Source: Hyalangium minutum
GTDB lineage: Bacteria; Myxococcota; Myxococcia; Myxococcales; Myxococcaceae
Direction: 5' to 3'
NCBI RefSeq assembly: GCF_000737315.1
Contig: NZ_JMCB01000022.1
Span: forward strand, 62,001-126,000
DNA: 64,000 nucleotides
A model generated the notes under the pieces. The model was not told the origin of the DNA, searched no databases, and saw only the letters and a list, made by a program, of their open reading frames with translations. Positions 1 through 11,404 of the stretch are shown here, piece by piece. Every line of letters begins with the position of its first letter. Position 1 is the first letter of the stretch. A program made the translations under genes and the position numbers.

Positions 1-240
1 GGTGGGCTCGAAGGCGAGCGCACGCACGCTGCACCCGGAGATCCACACGAACGTCTCGGTGGGGAGCTGCACGCCGGGCGCGGCCACCTCCTCCGAGAAA
101 GAGAAGCGGCCCTGCTTGATGGGGGTGCACAGCCGGGTGTCGAAGAACGACTCCAGTGAGTCCTGCAGCGCCTCGCGTGTGTCCAGCTGGTGGATCACCT
201 TGTACGAGCCCCGCTCCGAAGCACCGGAAGCAGGCGACAC
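1..240 (-). CDS. Hypothetical protein, N-terminal part (runs off window start)
   Basis: Open minus-strand frame from GTG at 240 (VSPASGASERGSYKVIHQLDTREAL...) with GC-rich third positions; not in the ORF track; divergent from 323..1135. Confidence 0.45.
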   Translation of the reverse strand, partial: MSPASGASERGSYKVIHQLDTREALQDSLESFFDTRLCTPIKQGRFSFSEEVAAPGVQLPTETFVWISGCSVRALAFEPT

Positions 241-322
241 GGTGAGACTCAACAGGGCTACCAGTCCGAAGGACTTCATCTAAGAGTGAACCCTAGCACA
301 CTTCCGCTCTATCCTTGGATCC

Positions 323-1135
323 ATGAGCGACCCCAGGCGTCTTCTGCCCGTATGGCTGGTTGCGGGACTGCTGGCCGTTGGAGTGCTGCCGCGTCCCGCC
401 GATGCACAAGGAGCACGAAGCAAGTTCGAGCGTCACCTCACCGCGGCAGCCCGGCTCTACGAAGCCCTGGAGTACGAGCGCGCCCTCACGCAGATCGAGC
501 TCGCGCGCAAGCAGCCGCACAGCTCGGATCAAGAGGTGGAGCTGTCCCTCTACGAGGGCATCATCCTCGCCGAGTCCGGCAAGCAGGAGTCCAGCACCGC
601 CGCGTTCAAGTCGGCGCTCCTCGTGCAGCCGGACGCGAAGCTGCCCGTGAAGGTCTCTCCGAAGGTGAACACCTTCTTCGAGTCCGTCCGCGAACAGGTG
701 AAGCGCGAGCTGGCCGCCTTGGCTCCCAAGGAGCCGCCCAAGGCCGAGCCGCCGCCACCGCAACCCGTGGCCGCGCCCCCTGCAGCCGTGGCCACCCAGA
801 GCCCCGTGCTGAAGGGTCTGCGCAGCGCCGCGCCCGTCACCGCCATCGCTGGGGGCACCCTGTTCGTGGCGGGTGGAATCACCTACGCGCTCTCTCGGAG
901 CGAGCTGGGGCGCCTGCGCGACAATGACGCGGCCCTCGACAGCCAGGAGGCCGTGGACAAGACGGTGTCGAAGGGCCGCACCTTGCAGACGGTGGGCGTG
1001 GGGCTCGCGGTCGCAGGCACCGCGGGGCTGCTCGCCGCGGCGGGAGGCTTCCTGCTGGGCTCGCCAGAAGCGCCCGTGGCGGTGGGGCTGGGGACGGACG
1101 GGACATCCGCATTCGTGTTCGGGAGGTGGCCATGA
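323..1135 (+). CDS. Secreted TPR-like helical protein with Pro linker and hydrophobic C-terminus
   Basis: Signal peptide, helical repeat-like region ([15 protein letters not shown]), PPP linker, Gly-rich hydrophobic C-terminal segments; ATGA overlap with next gene. Confidence 0.75.
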   Translation: MSDPRRLLPVWLVAGLLAVGVLPRPADAQGARSKFERHLTAAARLYEALEYERALTQIELARKQPHSSDQEVELSLYEGIILAESGKQESSTAAFKSALLVQPDAKLPVKVSPKVNTFFESVREQVKRELAALAPKEPPKAEPPPPQPVAAPPAAVATQSPVLKGLRSAAPVTAIAGGTLFVAGGITYALSRSELGRLRDNDAALDSQEAVDKTVSKGRTLQTVGVGLAVAGTAGLLAAAGGFLLGSPEAPVAVGLGTDGTSAFVFGRWP

Positions 1136-3696
1136 GCGCCGTGAATCAGCGTAGGAGCATTCAAGCCGTGCGGTTCGCGGCAGGGCTCCTGCTCGCCAGT
1201 GTCCTCGGGTGCGCGGACTTCGATGCGGAGGGCAAGGCCTACTGCGAGCGCAACCCCGCCAACTGCAACCCGGACAAGACGCCTCCCACCTTCACCGGGA
1301 GCGAGCAGTCCGCCGCCCGCGTCCTCGGGCCGCAAACGGTGACCTTGAGCGTCACGGCGCAGGATGCGGAGACCCAGCAGCTCCACTTCACGTGGACGGC
1401 CAGCGCGGGCACGCTCGGGGAGCCGGCCCATACGAACACGGCGAGCCAGATCACCTGGACCTCTCCCCCCTGTCTGCCTTCCGGCAACTCCGTGACCCTC
1501 TCCGTGACCGTGACGGATGACGGCGGCTTCACGGCCCAGAAGGACTTCACCCTCTCCATCAACCCCTGCCCCACCCCCACCGTGTCCGCAGGCGACAGCC
1601 ACTCGCTGGCCCTGCGCGCCGATGGCACGCTCCTGGCCTGGGGATCCAACGACTCTGGCCGGCTGGGGCTGGGCTCGCCCATCGCCCTCTCCGCCACCCC
1701 GACGAAGGTCCCCGGGCTGAACGCGCTCACGGCCGTGTCAGCGGGCGACCTCTTCTCGCTGGCCCTGCGTGCCGATGGCACCGTCTGGGCCTGGGGCTAC
1801 AACTTCAGCGGTATCCTTGGCGTGGGGGCCACCTCCGACTTCGTCGCGACCCCGACGATGGTGCCCAACCTGACGGACGTGAAGGCAGTGGACGCAGGCG
1901 CGACCCACTCTCTGGCCCTGGCCAGCGACGGCACCGTCTGGGCCTGGGGCTTCAACGATTACGGCCAGCTCGGGGACGGCACCACCACCCTCCGCAGTGC
2001 TCCGGTCAAGGTGAACAACCTGACGGGGGTCATCGCTGTCAAGGCCGGTGGCTACCACTCGCTGGCCCTGCGGGACGACGGCACCGTCTGGGCCTGGGGT
2101 GCCAACTACTATGGCCAGCTTGGAGATGGGACGACCGTGAGCCAGTCCGCGCCGGTGCAGGTGGCGAGCCTCTCCGGCGTGACCCAGTTGGTAGCGGGCA
2201 CCGATTACGCGCTGGCCCTGCGCGACAGTGACAAGACCGTCTGGGCCTGGGGCGCCAACTACTCCGGCCAGCTCGGGGATGGGACGACCACTGAGCGCTC
2301 CCAGCCCGTCTCCCTGTCCTCCCTGGGCAGCGTCACCGCGCTCTCGGCGGGAAGCGACTTCGCGCTGGCCCTGCGCGACGATGGCACGGTCTTGTCGTGG
2401 GGAGGCAACTACTCCGGCCAGCTCGGAGATGGGACGACCACCCAGCGCAGCCAGCCCGCCCCTGTCAATGGACTGTCCCCCGTGGCAGCCATCGCCGCGG
2501 GCGGCAGCTTCTCCCTGGCGCTCCACAAGGATGGAACGCTGTCATCTTGGGGAGTGACGACGGTGGGCCAGTTGGGAGACGGCGTCTCCAGCCTGCGCGT
2601 CTCCGCCGTGCAGTCCGCCGTGCCGCCCGGCACCACCATCACCACCGTCAGCGCGGGGGGCTACCACTCGCTGGCCACGGACAACGGCGGCGGCGTCTGG
2701 AGCTGGGGCTACAACCGGTACGGGCAGCTCGGAAACGGGACGACGGCCCAGAGCACCGTGCCCACCCGGGTGAACAGCCTGTCCAGCGTGCTGGCCGTGG
2801 CCGGAGGGGCGTACCACTCCCTGGCGATGCGCAATACGGGCGACGTGCGCGCCTGGGGACGGAACGCCTTGGGCCAGCTCGGCAACGGCACGACCGCCGA
2901 TAGCACCACGCCCGTCGCGGTGACGGGGCTGATCGGAGCCATGACGGCCATCGCCTGCGGCGACAACCACTCGCTGGCTTTGCGAGACAGTGACAAGACC
3001 GTCTGGGCCTGGGGCTACAACGTCTACGGCCAGCTCGGAGACACCACCACCGCGAACCGCACCGCGGCCGTGCAGGTGTCCGGACTGACGGGCATCACCG
3101 CCATCGCGGCGGGCAGCGCGCACTCCGTGGCGCGGAGGAGTGATGGCACCGTCTGGGCCTGGGGCTACAACATCTACGGCCAGCTCGGAAACACCACCAC
3201 CGCGAACAGCAGCTCGCCGGTGCAGGTGTCCGGGTTGACCAATGTCACCGCCATCTCCTGCGGGACCTACCACTGCCTGGCGCGCCACGGGAGCGGCACG
3301 GTCTCGGCCTGGGGCTACAACGCCTACGGCCAGCTCGGGAACGGGTCGACCGTCAACCGCCTCTCCCCCATCCCAGTGACGGGGCTGACCGGCATCGTCG
3401 CCATCGCCACCGGCCGGTACAGTTCCCTGGCCATTGGCAGTGAAGGCACCATCTGGGTCTGGGGGGATAACAGCTCCGGGCAGCTCGGGGATGGGACACT
3501 CACCAACCGCCTTGCTCCCGTACAACTGACGGGCCTCTCCAACTTCACGTCCCTCTCGGGAGGCGCCAACCACATCCTGGCCCTGCGCGGCGACAACACC
3601 GTCTGGTCCTGGGGCTCCAGCCAGTACGGGCAGCTCGGGGACAACTCGCCCACCTCGCGCCTCACGCCCGTGAAGACCACGCTTCCCCCTCCTTGA
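1132..3696 (+). CDS. Lipoprotein with Ig/PKD-like domain and 14 RCC1 repeats (two 7-bladed propellers)
   Basis: Lipobox LASVLGC; 14 countable (H/F)[17 protein letters not shown] repeats; start taken at ATG 1132, which overlaps the upstream stop. Confidence 0.9.
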   Translation: MSAVNQRRSIQAVRFAAGLLLASVLGCADFDAEGKAYCERNPANCNPDKTPPTFTGSEQSAARVLGPQTVTLSVTAQDAETQQLHFTWTASAGTLGEPAHTNTASQITWTSPPCLPSGNSVTLSVTVTDDGGFTAQKDFTLSINPCPTPTVSAGDSHSLALRADGTLLAWGSNDSGRLGLGSPIALSATPTKVPGLNALTAVSAGDLFSLALRADGTVWAWGYNFSGILGVGATSDFVATPTMVPNLTDVKAVDAGATHSLALASDGTVWAWGFNDYGQLGDGTTTLRSAPVKVNNLTGVIAVKAGGYHSLALRDDGTVWAWGANYYGQLGDGTTVSQSAPVQVASLSGVTQLVAGTDYALALRDSDKTVWAWGANYSGQLGDGTTTERSQPVSLSSLGSVTALSAGSDFALALRDDGTVLSWGGNYSGQLGDGTTTQRSQPAPVNGLSPVAAIAAGGSFSLALHKDGTLSSWGVTTVGQLGDGVSSLRVSAVQSAVPPGTTITTVSAGGYHSLATDNGGGVWSWGYNRYGQLGNGTTAQSTVPTRVNSLSSVLAVAGGAYHSLAMRNTGDVRAWGRNALGQLGNGTTADSTTPVAVTGLIGAMTAIACGDNHSLALRDSDKTVWAWGYNVYGQLGDTTTANRTAAVQVSGLTGITAIAAGSAHSVARRSDGTVWAWGYNIYGQLGNTTTANSSSPVQVSGLTNVTAISCGTYHCLARHGSGTVSAWGYNAYGQLGNGSTVNRLSPIPVTGLTGIVAIATGRYSSLAIGSEGTIWVWGDNSSGQLGDGTLTNRLAPVQLTGLSNFTSLSGGANHILALRGDNTVWSWGSSQYGQLGDNSPTSRLTPVKTTLPPP

Positions 3697-3714
3697 GGCA
3701 GAGGCCGCGCGGGC

Positions 3715-4743
3715 TCAGCGCTTGCGGTGCAGCGCGAGCGCCGTGGCCAGCGTCTCGCGCACCTGCCGCGCCTGGAAGAGGCGGTCCGCCGTGTCCACCA
3801 GGTTGTCCAAGTAGAGCACCTGCTTGCGCAGCCGCGCGGGCAGGGCTCGCGTGCCCAGGTGTGCGCCCAGCAGCGCGCCCGTCACCGCCGCCGCCACGTC
3901 CACCTCGCCGCCACAGCGGAGCACCAGCGCCACGGCCTCACGGAAGTCGTGCGGCACCTTCAGCGCCGCGTACAGCGACGTGAGCAGCACCGGCACCACG
4001 TGCGCGGGCAGCCCATCCACGCCCTGCAGCTCGGAGCGGGGCACGCCGATCTTCCGCAGCGCCGTCAGCGCCCGCGCTGTGTCCCACGTGAGCAGCCGAG
4101 GCAGGTGCCGCAGCTCCTCCGCCAGGTCCGTGTCGTGCACGGCCGCCGCCAGCGCCAGCTTCTCGCAGAAGGCCGCCGCCGTGAGCGCCTCCTCCTCCAT
4201 GCCCAGCGCCACGGCCTGGGCGAAGGCCGCCGCCGCCGCCGAGCACGTGGGGTCCTTGTGCGTGACGATGGTGAGCACGCCCGCGTCATGGGGCAGGCGC
4301 TTGTGGCCCGCCTTCTCGAAGAGGCCCACCACCATGGCGCGGCTGAGCACCGAGGGGCACTTCACCCCGAGCGGCGCGCCCGCACTCATCCACGGTGCGC
4401 CTCCGGCCAGCCGCTGGAGCGACTCAGCGAGTCCGCGGGGCGGCTGGAGGATGACGCCCTCCTGCCAGAGCCAGGCGAAGTGGGCGGCGGCGCTGCGCCC
4501 GTCCACCTTGCCCTCGCGGATGATGCTCTCGCTGGCGGCCATCATCAGCTGGGTGTCGTCCGAGAACTGTCCCTTGGCGAACTTGCCGCGCGGGCGCGGG
4601 GCGAAGTCATCCGCCAGGTGGGTGAGCCGCGTGAGGCTGGCCGGAGGGATGCCCCGGAGCGGGAAGCCGAGGGCATCCCCGATGGCAAGGCCCAGGAATG
4701 CCGCATGGAACCTGTCCTGGCGCTCAGCGGGAGTCAGCGGCAT
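3715..4743 (-). CDS. ADP-ribosylglycohydrolase (DraG/ARH) family protein
   Basis: GLAIGDALG, FSDDTQ, THKDP and GGEVDV motifs. Confidence 0.88.
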   Translation of the reverse strand: MPLTPAERQDRFHAAFLGLAIGDALGFPLRGIPPASLTRLTHLADDFAPRPRGKFAKGQFSDDTQLMMAASESIIREGKVDGRSAAAHFAWLWQEGVILQPPRGLAESLQRLAGGAPWMSAGAPLGVKCPSVLSRAMVVGLFEKAGHKRLPHDAGVLTIVTHKDPTCSAAAAAFAQAVALGMEEEALTAAAFCEKLALAAAVHDTDLAEELRHLPRLLTWDTARALTALRKIGVPRSELQGVDGLPAHVVPVLLTSLYAALKVPHDFREAVALVLRCGGEVDVAAAVTGALLGAHLGTRALPARLRKQVLYLDNLVDTADRLFQARQVRETLATALALHRKR

Positions 4744-4800
4744 CGGAGGGGCGCAGATTAACCGAGCGTCCCGCCAGCACCAGAGGAGAAATCTGCGGGC

Positions 4801-5055
4801 CTAGTCCCGGCCCAGGTTCACCACCGCTTGCAAGCGCGCGACCACGGCCTCCGCCCCCTGGTGCAGGTGGGTCCCATCCCACAGGGCGGGCGTCGTCGTT
4901 CCCCCCAGGCGGTGGAAGTCCGCCTCCACCTCCGGGTAGGTGAGGTTGCGGAAGCGCACCCGGTCCTCGAGTGCATGGTCCACGACATAGCGCCGGGCCG
5001 CGGCGGAGGGCGGATCCGCAATGCGGTGGAAGAGTTCCAGCAAAGGCGAGTCCAT
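4801..5055 (-). CDS. Small glutaredoxin/thioredoxin-like fold protein lacking CxxC
   Basis: 84 aa from ATG 5055; LELFHRIADPPSAAARRY...TTPALWDG pattern resembles a Grx/GST-N fold. Confidence 0.6.
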   Translation of the reverse strand: MDSPLLELFHRIADPPSAAARRYVVDHALEDRVRFRNLTYPEVEADFHRLGGTTTPALWDGTHLHQGAEAVVARLQAVVNLGRD

Positions 5056-5066
5056 GTTGAGTGAGT

Positions 5067-5522
5067 TCACCCTTCGCGCGCCGAGGGGGTGGGGAAGAAG
5101 AGGGTGAGCAGATCCGGGCGCGAGCGCTTCGTGAGATCCGCCAGCGTGTACTTGTCCAGCACCCCGAGGAACGCCTCGCGGGCCTCGAAGAGCACGCCCT
5201 TGAGGCCGCACGCGGGCGAGATGGGGCATGTGTTGTGCTCCCGGTCGAAGCACTCGGCCAGGTGGAAGTCCGGCTCGGTGGCCCGGAACACCTTGCCCAG
5301 GGAAATCTCCGAGGGCGCCCGCGCCAGCATCACGCCCCCCGAGCGCCCGGGGCGCACCTCCACGAAGCCGTGCTTCCCCAGCGCTTGCATCACCCGCACC
5401 AGGTGGTTCTTGGAGATGCCGTACGCCTCGCTCACCTCTTGGGTGGAGACGAGGCGATCCGGGCGTGCGGCCAGGTACAGCAGGACGCGCAGCGAGTAGT
5501 CAGCGTGAAGCGTCAGATGCAC
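5067..5522 (-). CDS. nsrR: Rrf2-family NO-sensing repressor NsrR
   Basis: HLTLHADYSLRVLLYL, GRSGG wing, three-Cys motif ECF..NTC....AC; GTG start 5522; matching operator upstream of the operon. Confidence 0.85.
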   Translation of the reverse strand: MHLTLHADYSLRVLLYLAARPDRLVSTQEVSEAYGISKNHLVRVMQALGKHGFVEVRPGRSGGVMLARAPSEISLGKVFRATEPDFHLAECFDREHNTCPISPACGLKGVLFEAREAFLGVLDKYTLADLTKRSRPDLLTLFFPTPSAREG

Positions 5523-6519
5523 GAGCCGTCGCCCCCAAGCCCTCGGGAGGGCGGGCACTCGGCAGGAAGGCATCCGCGTGAATGGCCTTCAGGGAGAGTC
5601 CCGCCAGGAAGAGCTTCTTCCGAAGGGATATCACCCGCTCCGGGTTCCCGCAGAGGAATGCGCGCCACCCCGCGGGCTTGGGGCACTCGGCGCGGATGAG
5701 GGTGTCCAGCTCTCCCACGGCGATTCCCTCGCCCAGACGGCCTTCGAGGACGCTGGGGCGGTAGTGCAGGTTCGGGTGGCGCGCGGCCAGCTCGCGCAGC
5801 GCCTCGATAAGGTAGAGCCCGCTCCGCTCCCGGGCGCCGTGGAAGAGCCAGATGGGACCGGTGTGGCCTTCGGCGAGCGCGTCCCGCACCACGCCGTACA
5901 GCGGCGCGAGCCCCGTGCCCGTGCCCGCGAGCAGCAGCGGCTGCTCGGGCTGGCCCGGGACATAGAAGCACTCGCCCACGGGGCCTTGAATGCGCACCGT
6001 GTCCCCTGGCCGGGCCTGTGTGCCGAGCCAGCCACTCATCGCCCCGCCCGGCAACAGGCGCACGTGCAGCTCCAGCGCCTCTTCCCCCGGCAGGCTCGCC
6101 AGCGAGTAGCTGCGCGCCAGGCCATCCCCGCGCAGCAGCGTGAGGTACTGCCCGGCTCGGTAGTCGAACGGAGCCTCCGGACGGAGGCGAACGCGCAGCA
6201 CCTCCTCGCTCAGGAGCTCCAGCGACTCGAGCCGCGCGGGCACCTGCAGTTCCTCGGCGCCCCCGGAGAGCTCCAACTCCGAGCCCGGCTCGGGCCGGCA
6301 GGAGCACGCGAGGAAGTAGTTGCGCGCCTTGAGCGTCTCCTTGAGCCCCACCTGGGCCTGCGCTGGCACCGCGCCGCTCACCGCGCGCACGAGGCAGGAC
6401 TGGCACACTCCCGCCTTGCACGCATGAGGCACGGAGACGCCCTGGCGCAACAGCCCCTCCAGGACGGACTCTTGAGGCTCCAGCGGGTACCACTGCGCCG
6501 CGTATCGGATCCGGGACAT
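5500..6519 (-). CDS. 2Fe-2S ferredoxin / FAD-NAD(P)H oxidoreductase (probable globin reductase)
   Basis: CKAGVCQSC...C 2Fe-2S motif, RSYSLAS FAD motif, GTGTGLAP NAD motif, FLCGNP. Confidence 0.9.
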   Translation of the reverse strand: MSRIRYAAQWYPLEPQESVLEGLLRQGVSVPHACKAGVCQSCLVRAVSGAVPAQAQVGLKETLKARNYFLACSCRPEPGSELELSGGAEELQVPARLESLELLSEEVLRVRLRPEAPFDYRAGQYLTLLRGDGLARSYSLASLPGEEALELHVRLLPGGAMSGWLGTQARPGDTVRIQGPVGECFYVPGQPEQPLLLAGTGTGLAPLYGVVRDALAEGHTGPIWLFHGARERSGLYLIEALRELAARHPNLHYRPSVLEGRLGEGIAVGELDTLIRAECPKPAGWRAFLCGNPERVISLRKKLFLAGLSLKAIHADAFLPSARPPEGLGATARASDASR

Positions 6520-6533
6520 GGCCGCTCCTCCCG

Positions 6534-6962
6534 TTACCGGTTCAGCACATCCGCCCGCATGCTCTCGGCCGCCTTCAGCACTTGCTCGATGAGCAGCCGG
6601 GCCACACCCAGTTCCTCCAGCGTGCCGCCCAGGTGCTCCGCCACCGCGTCGAAGTGCGCGTCATTCAGCCCGCGCTTCACCAGATGCGCGTGGCCCTTGC
6701 GCATGTCCATGCCCGTGTAGTTGTGGGGCCCGCCACACACCATGGTGAGGAACGCCTGCTGCTTGGCCGCCTGGCGCTCCATATCCACTCCCTCGAAGAA
6801 GGGGCTGATGCGCTCGTCCATCAGCACGCGCCGGTAGAAGAGCTCCACCGCCGCCTCCATCGCCTTCGGCCCGCCGATCTGCTCGAAGAGGCTCCCCTTC
6901 TGCTCCCCACCCACCGGCTGCACCGCCTGCACTCCACCGCGCTGCTCAAACGCTCGCTCCAT
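6534..6962 (-). CDS. glbN: Group I truncated hemoglobin (trHbN)
   Basis: SLFEQIGG, FY..VL.D, GGPHNYTG, AH, HFDAV motifs; AGGAGG RBS before ATG 6962. Confidence 0.9.
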   Translation of the reverse strand: MERAFEQRGGVQAVQPVGGEQKGSLFEQIGGPKAMEAAVELFYRRVLMDERISPFFEGVDMERQAAKQQAFLTMVCGGPHNYTGMDMRKGHAHLVKRGLNDAHFDAVAEHLGGTLEELGVARLLIEQVLKAAESMRADVLNR

Positions 6963-6989
6963 GTGCGCCTCCTGGCCCTTCTGGACCGA

Positions 6990-7016
6990 AAAGATGCATA
7001 TAAAATGCATCTTTTA
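6990..7016. promoter_or_regulatory. NsrR operator
   Basis: AAAAGATGCAT-ATAAA-ATGCATCTTTT perfect inverted repeat; fits the known NsrR GATGCAT-N5-ATGCATC box; 28 nt upstream of glbN. Confidence 0.85.
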
Positions 7017-7097
7017 GAGCGCGCCCGCAAATACCCGAAAGTTCAGGGTCAGAAGAGGGGGTTGCGGGAGGGAGAAGGCGGGGTGAGAGGACGGGGA

Positions 7098-7508
7098 CTA
7101 CGGGGCGCGCATGGTGGCGGCGTTCATCCGCGCGGCCTCGCGGCGCACCGAGGCCTGCTCCACCTCATAGCGGGCGTCCTCGGGCTTCAGGTCCTTCAGG
7201 CGCTGCTGGGCCTCGCCCATGCGGCGGCGCGCAGCCTCCACGTCGATGCCCGACACGGGCTCGGCGCCATCGGCCAGCACCAGCACCTTGTCGTTGCTCA
7301 CCTCGACGAAGCCACCGGCCACGAAGAAGGACTCGCGGCGGCCGCCATCGATCAGCGTGAGCACGCCGGGCTCCATCAGCGACAGGAAGGGGGTGTGGCC
7401 TGGGCGCACGCCGAACAGACCCTGGCCGCCGGGAACGATGGCCTCGTCCGCCTGCACCGAGAGGATGCGCTTCTCCGGGGTGACAATCTCCACGCTCAGC
7501 TTGGCCAT
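7098..7508 (-). CDS. atpC: F1-ATP synthase epsilon subunit
   Basis: LSVEIVTPE, GVRPGHTP, GGFVEV motifs. Confidence 0.96.
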   Translation of the reverse strand: MAKLSVEIVTPEKRILSVQADEAIVPGGQGLFGVRPGHTPFLSLMEPGVLTLIDGGRRESFFVAGGFVEVSNDKVLVLADGAEPVSGIDVEAARRRMGEAQQRLKDLKPEDARYEVEQASVRREAARMNAATMRAP

Positions 7509-7547
7509 GTGCTCCTCGCGTCCTGCTGCTGCTTCCGCTGCGTCAGT

Positions 7548-8102
7548 TCAGAATGTCAGCTGGTAGGTCTTCGCACCCACCGCCTCGAACTCCACCTTGG
7601 CTTCGTCCGTGAGGCGGGGGCCCTTGCCGGGGATGCCCAGCGTGCCCTCCAGCCACTTGAAGTGGGCCTTCATCTGCCGCACTTCGCCCAGCTCCTTCGA
7701 GCCGAACAGGAAGTCTTGCAGGCGTCTCTCCTGCAGCTTCTGCCCGTTGCGGTCGTACAGCTCCGCGACGACGGCGTTGGCCCAGCCGGGCACCGTCACC
7801 TTCTTCTTGCCCCGCTTCTCCACCGTGGACTTCGTGCCCTTCTCCACCAGCGGGCGCAGCAGCCAGAAGCGCTCGCCATCATTGGAGGCGAAGTAGAAGT
7901 CGTCCACCGTGCCGACGCAGCCGTTGAACTGCCAGGCGGGTCCGCTCTCCTTGAGCATCTCCACCCGGCACTGGCCCGGCTTCTCCTGCACGAGCCGCAC
8001 GCTGAACTGGCCATTGGCGCTCACGTGCACCCTGCTCTTGCGCTCCTGGGCGAGACCCGGGAGCGCCACCAGCAAGGCCAGGGCGAGAAGCGTGCGGCGC
8101 AT
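7548..8102 (-). CDS. Hypothetical secreted protein between atpD and atpC
   Basis: Signal peptide MRRTLLALALLVALPGLA; two Cys; beta-rich. Confidence 0.75.
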   Translation of the reverse strand: MRRTLLALALLVALPGLAQERKSRVHVSANGQFSVRLVQEKPGQCRVEMLKESGPAWQFNGCVGTVDDFYFASNDGERFWLLRPLVEKGTKSTVEKRGKKKVTVPGWANAVVAELYDRNGQKLQERRLQDFLFGSKELGEVRQMKAHFKWLEGTLGIPGKGPRLTDEAKVEFEAVGAKTYQLTF

Positions 8103-8132
8103 AGGGTGCACCTACGGGACAGCGGGAAGGGG

Positions 8133-9617
<1,485 letters not shown>

Positions 9618-9812
9618 TCACGTCTAAATCGGCCCGAGGGTGGGAGGGCGGGCCCCCTTTACCGGGGGGGCCCATCCGGGTCAAGCCTCGTGGCGCACAG
9701 GGTCAGAAGTGGGGCTTCAGAACCACCCCTGAACGCCGAGGGGCCTGCCTTCCTGGTTCGGAAGAGCAGGCCCCGGGGGCTGTACGGCGAAGTACGTCTG
9801 GAGAGCGCTGGG

Positions 9813-10706
9813 CTACTTGAGGGCCTCGGCGCCGGAGACGATCTCCATGAGCTCCTTGGTGATGACGGCCTGGCGCGTGCGGTTGTAGTGCAGCGACAGG
9901 GCGGCGATCATGTCCGTGGCGTTGCTGGTGGCGTTCTCCATGGCCGCCATGCGGGCGCTGTGCTCGCTGGCCACGCTCTCCAGCAGGGCGCGGTAGAGCT
10001 TGATGGAGACGGCCTGCGGCACCAGCCGGTCCAGCACCGCCTGCCGATCCGGCTCGTACTTGAAGTCCACCAGGGCGGTGCCCGCCGGAGCCTTGGCGGC
10101 GCCCGGAGCGGGCTCGGCGCCGAAGGTCTGCAGCGGGAGGATCTGCGAGACGACGACCTTCTGGCTGATGGCGGAGACGAACTCGTTGTAGATGACGTAG
10201 ACGGCATCCACCTCGCCATTGAGGAAGCCGGCGGTGAGCTCCTCGGCCACGGCCTTGGCGGAGAGGTAGTTGAGCTGCTGGTAGAGGTAGCCGAAGTCCT
10301 TGCGGATGTTCTGGCGCCGGTTGCGGAAGAAGTCGTGGCCCTTGCGGCCCACCGTGGAGAACTGGATGCGCTCCAGGGCGCTGTTCTCATAGAGGAAGCG
10401 GCTGGCGCGGCGAATCACGTTGGAGTTGAAGCCGCCAGCGAGGCCGCGGTCCGAGGTGAGCAGCACCAGCTCGGCCTTCTTGATGGGGCGGGGCGTCAGC
10501 AGCGGATGGGCGACTTCCTGATCCGCCGAGCGGGACGCGAGATCCGCGATGATCTGATCCAGCATCTGCGCGTAGGGACGCGCGGCGATGATGGCGTCCT
10601 GCGCCTTGCGCAGCTTGGCGGCGGACATCATCTTCATCGCCTTGGTGATCTGCCGCGTGTTCTTCACGGAGCGGATGCGCTTGCGAATGTCGCGAAGAGA
10701 CGCCAT
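9813..10706 (-). CDS. atpG: F1-ATP synthase gamma subunit
   Basis: [44 protein letters not shown]; true start ATG 10706. Confidence 0.98.
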   Translation of the reverse strand: MASLRDIRKRIRSVKNTRQITKAMKMMSAAKLRKAQDAIIAARPYAQMLDQIIADLASRSADQEVAHPLLTPRPIKKAELVLLTSDRGLAGGFNSNVIRRASRFLYENSALERIQFSTVGRKGHDFFRNRRQNIRKDFGYLYQQLNYLSAKAVAEELTAGFLNGEVDAVYVIYNEFVSAISQKVVVSQILPLQTFGAEPAPGAAKAPAGTALVDFKYEPDRQAVLDRLVPQAVSIKLYRALLESVASEHSARMAAMENATSNATDMIAALSLHYNRTRQAVITKELMEIVSGAEALK

Positions 10707-10930
10707 GGGGCCTGTAGCTCCTGTTCGGACGCGGGCCTTGGCTCCCAGAGGGGGGCCAGGCACCGGGCGGCGCCCCCTATATAAGCGGTGCGTCAGCCGG
10801 TCAACCGTGGAAGCGGGGCAGCGCGGGTCCGGGCCAGGCGGCCAAGCGGAGAGGCTCCCCGCCTCGGATGCCGGGTCACTCCGGGGGGCATAGCCTTCCA
10901 GGGCAGGCTCCCCGTGCCGGAGGTGTCCCC

Positions 10931-11356
10931 ATGGCCTCGCTGCTGAGCGGTCCCATCCTCGTGGTCGAGGATGACCCAGACATCCGGGAGCCACTGCTGA
11001 GCTACCTGGCGCTCAACGGGTACGAGACCGTCCATGCCACCAATGGCCGCGAGGCCGTGGAGCAGCTTCAGCGCACGCCCCGGCCGTCCCTCATCCTGCT
11101 GGACATGGCCATGCCGGTGATGGGGGGCCACCGGGTGCTGACGTTCCGCAAGGAGGCTTATGGCTACCAGGCGATCCCGGTCATCATCATCTCGGCGGGC
11201 ATGGCGGCCATGAACCCGAGGGACCGGGCGCTCTACGCCTCCAACTACAACGTGGCGGCTTTCCTGAGGAAGCCGGCGGAACCGGAGCAGCTGCTGGAGT
11301 TGATTGAGCTCCACGCCCAGCGCCTGGAAGGTGGCTCGCTGGGTGCCCCGGCTTGA
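10931..11356 (+). CDS. Single-domain response regulator
   Basis: [19 protein letters not shown]; start ATG 10931. Confidence 0.88.
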   Translation: MASLLSGPILVVEDDPDIREPLLSYLALNGYETVHATNGREAVEQLQRTPRPSLILLDMAMPVMGGHRVLTFRKEAYGYQAIPVIIISAGMAAMNPRDRALYASNYNVAAFLRKPAEPEQLLELIELHAQRLEGGSLGAPA

Positions 11357-11404
11357 ACGAGCACCCGCTCCACCCCCTTCCCGGCCTGAGCGGGAGGGGA
11401 GACA

